DNA of 64,000 nucleotides from Betaproteobacteria bacterium (GTDB lineage Bacteria; Pseudomonadota; Gammaproteobacteria; Burkholderiales; Casimicrobiaceae): NCBI GenBank assembly GCA_013298145.1, contig JAAFJO010000009.1, positions 13,783 to 77,782 of the forward strand, read 5' to 3'. Shown piece by piece: positions 59,122 to 64,000 of this stretch (position 1 is its first letter; each line of letters starts with the position of its first letter). The notes under the pieces were generated by a model. It saw only the letters and a program-made list of their open reading frames with translations, ran no database searches and was not told where the DNA came from. The position numbers and the translations under genes were made by a program.

Positions 59122-60408
59122 ATGATTCGATTCAACCAAACGCAACGTTCGTTTAAAGCGATCTGCCTGCTGGCTGTCGCGGCTGCGCTTTCGCTAGCGC
59201 CGATCGCAGACGCGCAAACCATTCGCGTATTTTCCGGCGGCCAAAGTCAGCGCCCGGATCTCATGCGGAAAATGTTCGATACCTTCGAAAAGGCCAATCC
59301 AGGCGTAAAGATCGAAATCGAAACGGGTGGACAAACCGCTGAGTTACAACGCGAATACCTCGGAAAAGTGCTGAACGCAAAAGACGCCGCGCTTGATGTG
59401 TTCATGATCGACATTACCAATCCGCGCCTTTATCAGAGCAAAGGCTGGCTCGAGCCGCTCAACCAGTATTTAGGGCGTCCTGAGGTCGTGCTCGGCGATC
59501 ACCTGCCGGTCTACCGTACTACCAACGTTGTCAACGGTGAGCTCTACGCGATGCCGGGCTTTGCTGATGCGATGTTTGTGTATTACCGCAAGGATTTGCT
59601 CGCGAAATACAACCTACGAGAGCCGCGCACATGGGAGCAACTTTCCAACGTCGTGAAGAAAATCAAAGCGGGCGAGAAAAATAACCCCACGCTGCAAGGT
59701 CTCTCTATCCAGGGCGCACCGATCGAGGGAACGGTGTGCACATTTTTGTTGCCCGTGTGGAGCAAGGGCGGTGATATCGCCGACGCCAACGGCAAATTCA
59801 AGCTCGACAACGCGATGGCTCAGGCCGGCATTGAGCAGTGGCTCAAGCTGATCGACGAGGGCATCGTCTCGTCGAAAGCGAGCGAAATCAAGACGATCGA
59901 TACCGTCAACGATTTCAAAGCGGGTAACGTGATATTCGCGATCAATTGGGGATTTGCGTGGGATCGATTCCAGGCTGATGCCGATTCGAAAGTGAAGGGC
60001 CAAGTCGATGTGATGCCCATGCCACGCGTCGGCGAATCGAGTAAGTCCGCGACGTGCATCGGCGGATGGCAATGGGCGGTTAGCGCGTTTTCAAAAAACA
60101 AGACAGTGGCAGCTCGGCTCGTAAAACACATGTCAACGCCCGAGGTTGCAAAGTTCCTCGCGGTTGAAGGTTCGCTGTTGCCCGTTTTTGCATCCACTTA
60201 TACAGATCCGGCGTATCTCGCAAAGGTGCCTTGGGCATCGGGAGCGGGTGTGATTGCAACGTTTGCGCGCAACCGGCCGGTGTCAGCGCGCTACGGAGAA
60301 GTGTCGGACGTGATTCGTACAGCTACCAGCAACATGCTCGCTCGCAAAGTGAGCCCGCAGCAAGGGGTTGCAGAGCTGAGCGCGAAGTTAAGGCCGATAC
60401 TTCAATAA
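59122..60408 (+). CDS. ABC transporter extracellular solute-binding protein (family 1, carbohydrate-type)
   Basis: ATG 59122 with AAAGGGAG upstream. The signal peptide ends in PIADAQ. ...IRVFSGGQSQ...DVFMIDIT...YRKDLL...GGWQWAVSAFSKNK is typical of sugar-binding proteins. No permease or ATPase gene is adjacent. Confidence 0.88.
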   Translation: MIRFNQTQRSFKAICLLAVAAALSLAPIADAQTIRVFSGGQSQRPDLMRKMFDTFEKANPGVKIEIETGGQTAELQREYLGKVLNAKDAALDVFMIDITNPRLYQSKGWLEPLNQYLGRPEVVLGDHLPVYRTTNVVNGELYAMPGFADAMFVYYRKDLLAKYNLREPRTWEQLSNVVKKIKAGEKNNPTLQGLSIQGAPIEGTVCTFLLPVWSKGGDIADANGKFKLDNAMAQAGIEQWLKLIDEGIVSSKASEIKTIDTVNDFKAGNVIFAINWGFAWDRFQADADSKVKGQVDVMPMPRVGESSKSATCIGGWQWAVSAFSKNKTVAARLVKHMSTPEVAKFLAVEGSLLPVFASTYTDPAYLAKVPWASGAGVIATFARNRPVSARYGEVSDVIRTATSNMLARKVSPQQGVAELSAKLRPILQ

Positions 60409-60516
60409 CGAAAGTCGCGCGATCGCGCGCGGTCGACCCAACACGCTTCGCTGCCAAGGCTCAACGACGCTCGGCAGTGAAGCGCATAACAAGAACGATG
60501 TCTCTCCAAACCTTTG

Positions 60517-60547
60517 CCCGCATTCCTCTGGAAGCGGGTTTTTTATT
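60517..60547 (+). terminator. Putative terminator downstream of the solute-binding protein gene
   Basis: Hairpin CCCGCATTCC-TCT-GGAAGCGGG with one internal mismatch, followed by TTTTTTATT. It lies about 110 nt after the stop codon. Confidence 0.45.
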
Positions 60548-60787
60548 GGCTAATCGATTTAAAAGCCGACTTATACAGGACTACCGCTAACTTCAGTGGC
60601 AACTCAGAAAATTTGTATTCATCACGTTTGCCTACAAAGAAATTGAGCTTACGCGCGTAAGCTGTACTGTTAGCGCTTGGATCAAACCAACCTGTAGAGC
60701 ACCATTTCAGTTTCCATCCAGCGGAATTGCATCTCAAAGCAAGGGTCGATAGACTTGGATCCACAGCGATTAGCGAAGTAAATCGTC

Positions 60788-60806
60788 GATTGTGCATCGC
60801 ACAATC
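60788..60806. promoter_or_regulatory. 8-3-8 perfect palindrome upstream of the IclR gene; candidate (auto)operator
   Basis: GATTGTGC-ATC-GCACAATC lies 45 nt upstream of ATG 60851. The protein that binds it, if any, cannot be determined from sequence. Confidence 0.35.
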
Positions 60807-60850
60807 CGTTACCAAAAACGATAGCGCTCGTTGCAAATCATTTTCCGGGG

Positions 60851-61720
60851 ATGCCCATGCCACCACGTTCGAGTGCCGTTGTCAGCTTGTCTAACGCTAA
60901 TCAGACGCGCGGGCTAAGCCGTGCGGGTGTGCGCACGAAAAAAGACGTAAGCGGAGGTGTTCAAAGTCTCACGCGTGGGCTTACTTTGCTGGAGCAACTC
61001 GCCGAAGCCGAAGGGGGTATCTCGCTCACCGAAATTTCCCAGCGCGCCACCCTCGCACCCTCGACGGCGCACCGGCTCCTGAACACGCTTGCCGATATGG
61101 GTTTCGTATTCCAAGCGCCCGACTCAGGTCTTTGGTACATCGGGCTCAAAACGTATCGCGTGGGTTGTGCATTCATCTCCAATCGGGATTTCGTGGGCGA
61201 GTCGCATGCGTATTTGCGAAAACTGATGGAGCAGTCAGGCGAAACGGCAAACCTCTCCATCATCGACGGAACGCACGTGTGTTTCATCGCGCAGGTGCAA
61301 TGCCACGAAGTGATGCGCATGCTCGTTCGCCTCGGATCACGACTGCCCGCGCACGCATCGGGCTCCGGAAAGGCCATTCTCTCGGCGCTTCCGGAGGACG
61401 AGCTGGCAATCTTTTTTCGCGAATCAAAGCTACAAAAGCTCACCGTGAAAACAACGACGGATGTGAATCAATTGCGGCTCCAATTCGCAGCGATTCGCGC
61501 ACGAGGCTACAGCTACGACGATGAAGAAAACGCGCTTGGCCTTCGCTGTGTCGCCGCACCAATCTACGATGAGTATTCCGAGCCGCTTGGCGCAATCTCT
61601 CTGGCGGGCCCGATCGCGCGCTTAACTGATGAGCGGATCCTCAAGCTCGGCCCTCTGGTCGCGCACACTGCACGCGAGATTACAGAAAAGCTCGGCGGCG
61701 TTGTCCCCGTCACTGTGTAA
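60851..61720 (+). CDS. IclR-family transcriptional regulator
   Basis: 289 aa. The N-terminal wHTH is VQSLTRGLTLLEQLAEAEGGISLTEISQRATLAPSTAHRLLNTL, and the C-terminal effector domain carries SGSGKAIL...RGYSYDDEENALGLRCVAAPI. Confidence 0.9.
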   Translation: MPMPPRSSAVVSLSNANQTRGLSRAGVRTKKDVSGGVQSLTRGLTLLEQLAEAEGGISLTEISQRATLAPSTAHRLLNTLADMGFVFQAPDSGLWYIGLKTYRVGCAFISNRDFVGESHAYLRKLMEQSGETANLSIIDGTHVCFIAQVQCHEVMRMLVRLGSRLPAHASGSGKAILSALPEDELAIFFRESKLQKLTVKTTTDVNQLRLQFAAIRARGYSYDDEENALGLRCVAAPIYDEYSEPLGAISLAGPIARLTDERILKLGPLVAHTAREITEKLGGVVPVTV

Positions 61721-61748
61721 CCAAAAAAGATACTGAGGAAGACTCTAC

Positions 61749-62480
61749 GTGTTCACCGATCGCCCGAAGGTGACGGCTGCGCCGCTGGTGCCGGGCGTGC
61801 ACGCCTTCATCATCGATAACGCACTCGCCGAGCCAGAAACGCTTCTGCAATTTGCACAGCGTACGCGCGGTGCGTTTCGCGCATCTCCCGAAGGCATTGC
61901 GCCCGGCCTAGAGCTGCGCATGGCTGATTCATTTTCAACGAAGTTCGAAGAATTTTTCCGCCAGCACTTGCGCCGTTTCTTCGATGCGCGGCGAACGCTT
62001 GAATGCGTCTCCCGTCTCGCACTGCACACCCGTCCACCGCACACTATGCCGCCGTCACAATGGCTACCGCAGCGAATTGGCACGACGCTGCACCGTGAGC
62101 AAACCGTTGTTGTAGCGCAGCTCTATTTATCAACGAATGAAACGCTAGGCGGAATGAGCTTCTTCTTTCCTAAACGCACCGTGCGCGAAACGTTTAACGT
62201 GATCAACGATAGCTACGCGCTTGATTCGGCCGCGTTCGAAGCAAAGCATCGCCTGCGCGCGGACGATGCGCGTGAATCGAACGATTTGTTTCACCTCGCG
62301 CAGACCATCCCGGCGAAGTTCAATCGGATGGTGATCTTTGATGGCGCAATGTTTCATAGCCCTCAAATCACGAGCGAAACGCCGCTCGTCAGCGACCCCC
62401 ACAATGGCCGCTTAACCTTTGACGCTTACCTTACCTGCAAGCGCCACTCAGACGGAACGGCAGATCGGCGACGAACCTAA
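61749..62480 (+). CDS. Conserved hypothetical protein (possibly DUF6445 / 2OG-oxygenase-like fold)
   Basis: 243 aa with GTG start. PGVHAFIIDNALAEPETLLQFAQ...MVIFDGAMFHSPQI... only vaguely resembles a family I recall. It starts 29 nt after the iclR stop. Confidence 0.45.
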   Translation: MFTDRPKVTAAPLVPGVHAFIIDNALAEPETLLQFAQRTRGAFRASPEGIAPGLELRMADSFSTKFEEFFRQHLRRFFDARRTLECVSRLALHTRPPHTMPPSQWLPQRIGTTLHREQTVVVAQLYLSTNETLGGMSFFFPKRTVRETFNVINDSYALDSAAFEAKHRLRADDARESNDLFHLAQTIPAKFNRMVIFDGAMFHSPQITSETPLVSDPHNGRLTFDAYLTCKRHSDGTADRRRT

Positions 62481-62510
62481 CCGCATCTTCGCCCGTCGCG
62501 ATCCTGCCAA

Positions 62511-62942
62511 TCAGGGTTTCACGTAACCGTAGCGCTCGCGCGATTGCAACGTTGCAATTCGCACCACGCCCGAGGGCGTGTAATCCGCTTCCTGAATGAA
62601 TTGCTCTTTTTTCAAGTTGCGATTTTTGAGCGTAATCTCACAAATTTCGAACTTCACGCCGCGCGCTTTGAGCGCTGAGACAAGCGGCGCAAACTCCGTC
62701 TTTGATTTCTCATCTCTCGCACCTTCCATGAGGAAATCGACACCTTGGGCGTGGGTGACAACCACGATCTTCGTGGTGGGCGCAACATCAAGATGATTTC
62801 GCACATTGCGAAGCGCCGAGAGCGCCTGCGCAGCTGAATCGTTCACGTGATACACCGCGCCGTCTTCGGCGTGTACACCTAGCGACGCGAGCGCAACAAA
62901 CAAAACAAGGCAGGCATTGCGCAGCCAGTTCGTCACATGCAT
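62511..62942 (-). CDS. DsrE/DsrF-like family protein with signal peptide
   Basis: ATG 62942 gives MHVTNWLRNACLVLFVALASLGVHAED. KIVVVTHAQGVDFLMEGA...GVKFEICEITLKNRNL is the DsrE-like (COG1416-type) pattern. Confidence 0.62.
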   Translation of the reverse strand: MHVTNWLRNACLVLFVALASLGVHAEDGAVYHVNDSAAQALSALRNVRNHLDVAPTTKIVVVTHAQGVDFLMEGARDEKSKTEFAPLVSALKARGVKFEICEITLKNRNLKKEQFIQEADYTPSGVVRIATLQSRERYGYVKP

Positions 62943-63076
62943 TGAAGGCTCCAGTTGAAATTGAAGTTGCCACGTTATCACTTGGCGTCGGACCAGGAGC
63001 CGCAGGCATTCGAATATGCGAATTCTTGAATGGCATGCGACAGCGCGGAGGCTTCACGAGCCTTACGCAGACACGA

Positions 63077-64000
63077 CTAGGTCGGGTACGTACCCTCTAA
63101 CAAGATCGACTTATCGACTTTGTTGATATCCGTTCTTCCACAAAAAGCCATCGAGAGCTCGAGTTCTTTCTGGATGAGCTCAAGACATTTCGAAACGCCC
63201 GCTTCGCCCATTGCGCCTAAGGCGTAGAGCCAGGCGCGGCCGATGTAGGTGCCTTTCGCGCCGAGCGCCGTTGCGCGCAAGACATCCTGGCCACTGCGAA
63301 TGCCGCCATCCATGTGCACTTCGATTTTGTTGCCTACTTCAGCAACGATTTTGGGTAGCGCGCGAATGGAAGTTTCAGCGCCGTCCAGTTGCCGCCCGCC
63401 GTGATTCGAAACTATCAAGGCATCCGCGCCAGACTCGACCGCCAGGCGCGCGTCTTCGGTGTCTTGAATGCCCTTCAGAACCAACTTGCCACCCCAGCGT
63501 TTCTTGATCCACTCAACATCGCCCCAATTGAGCGCGGGGTCGAATTGTTGTGCGGTCCATGCCGAGAGCGAGCCCATGTTTTCCACGCCTTTCACATGGC
63601 CTACGATGTTGCGAAACTCGCGACGCGGCGTCCCCAGCATGCCCATGCACCAGCGCGGCTTGGTCATCATATTGATGATGTTCGGAATCGTGAGTTTCGG
63701 CGGCGCAGACAGACCATTTTTCAGATCCTTGTGACGCTGCCCGAGGATTTGCAGATCCAGCGTGAGCACCAATGCCGAGCAGTTCGCGGCCTTCGCGCGA
63801 TCAATCAGGTTGTTGATGAAATCGCGATCTTTCATTACGTAAAGCTGAAACCAGAACGGATGCCCGTCGGTAGCCTTTGCAACATCTTCAATCGAGCAAA
63901 TGCTCATCGTTGACAAGGTAAACGGAATGCCGAACTTCTTCGCCGCGCGCGCGCCGAGCATTTCGCCATCGGCATGCTGCATCCCGGTGAGCCCTGTCGG
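63077..64000 (-). CDS. lldD: FMN-dependent alpha-hydroxy-acid dehydrogenase (L-lactate dehydrogenase LldD-like); the N-terminus lies right of the window
   Basis: The frame is open to the window edge. GIPFTLSTMSICSIEDV...FWFQLYVMKDR...LVLTLDLQILGQRHKD...LVLKGI...IVSNHGGRQLDG...DGGIRSGQDV is canonical for this family. Confidence 0.9.
   Translation of the reverse strand, partial: PTGLTGMQHADGEMLGARAAKKFGIPFTLSTMSICSIEDVAKATDGHPFWFQLYVMKDRDFINNLIDRAKAANCSALVLTLDLQILGQRHKDLKNGLSAPPKLTIPNIINMMTKPRWCMGMLGTPRREFRNIVGHVKGVENMGSLSAWTAQQFDPALNWGDVEWIKKRWGGKLVLKGIQDTEDARLAVESGADALIVSNHGGRQLDGAETSIRALPKIVAEVGNKIEVHMDGGIRSGQDVLRATALGAKGTYIGRAWLYALGAMGEAGVSKCLELIQKELELSMAFCGRTDINKVDKSILLEGTYPT

Noticed and set aside
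60543-60866. 107-codon minus-strand ORF in the AT-rich spacer upstream of the IclR gene.
   Set aside because: I recognised no family. Its composition is atypical for this genome, it spans the palindromic candidate operators, and it overlaps the IclR start. It is more likely non-coding regulatory DNA.

Overview
This window looks like ordinary chromosomal sequence from a moderately high-GC proteobacterium. A Burkholderiales-like betaproteobacterium is most likely. That call rests on the syntenies pyrG-kdsA-DUF1330-eno-ftsB, folP-glmM and yciB-bolA-ppiC, plus a PhaM-like gene and tctBA; it is an inference, not a database result. About 60 protein genes are supported. I found no rRNA, tRNA, CRISPR array, transposase or integrase. 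Housekeeping genes include suhB (partial), mutS, eno, kdsA, pyrG, glmM, folP, ddl, ampD and ccmF/ccmH. RNA and DNA elements comprise a clear TPP riboswitch, several rho-independent terminators, one REP/MITE-like nested palindrome and one long-range inverted repeat. The main candidate for something new is a nine-gene, tightly overlapping minus-strand operon at 16646-26724. It combines a DigH/YddW-like GHL10 lipoprotein, an HGSNAT/NagX-like transmembrane acetyltransferase and an AmpG-like permease with a cytoplasmic GH84-like N-acetylglucosaminidase, a BadF/MurK-type kinase, MurQ, NagA, NagB-II and a NagQ-like repressor with a matching operator. This reads as a self-contained route for scavenging peptidoglycan glycan, built from non-canonical parts. 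Secondary points: a TPP-riboswitch-controlled TonB receptor-PnuT operon carries a NadR-like kinase instead of a thiamine pyrophosphokinase. A Shemin-type 5-aminolevulinate synthase sits in a betaproteobacterial context. There is also an orphan ccmF-ccmH pair, a small Cys4 protein/kinase/sigma-54 regulator/ampD unit, and a cluster of secreted proteins of unknown function. All family names are my recognition of sequence motifs and need HMM or BLAST confirmation.
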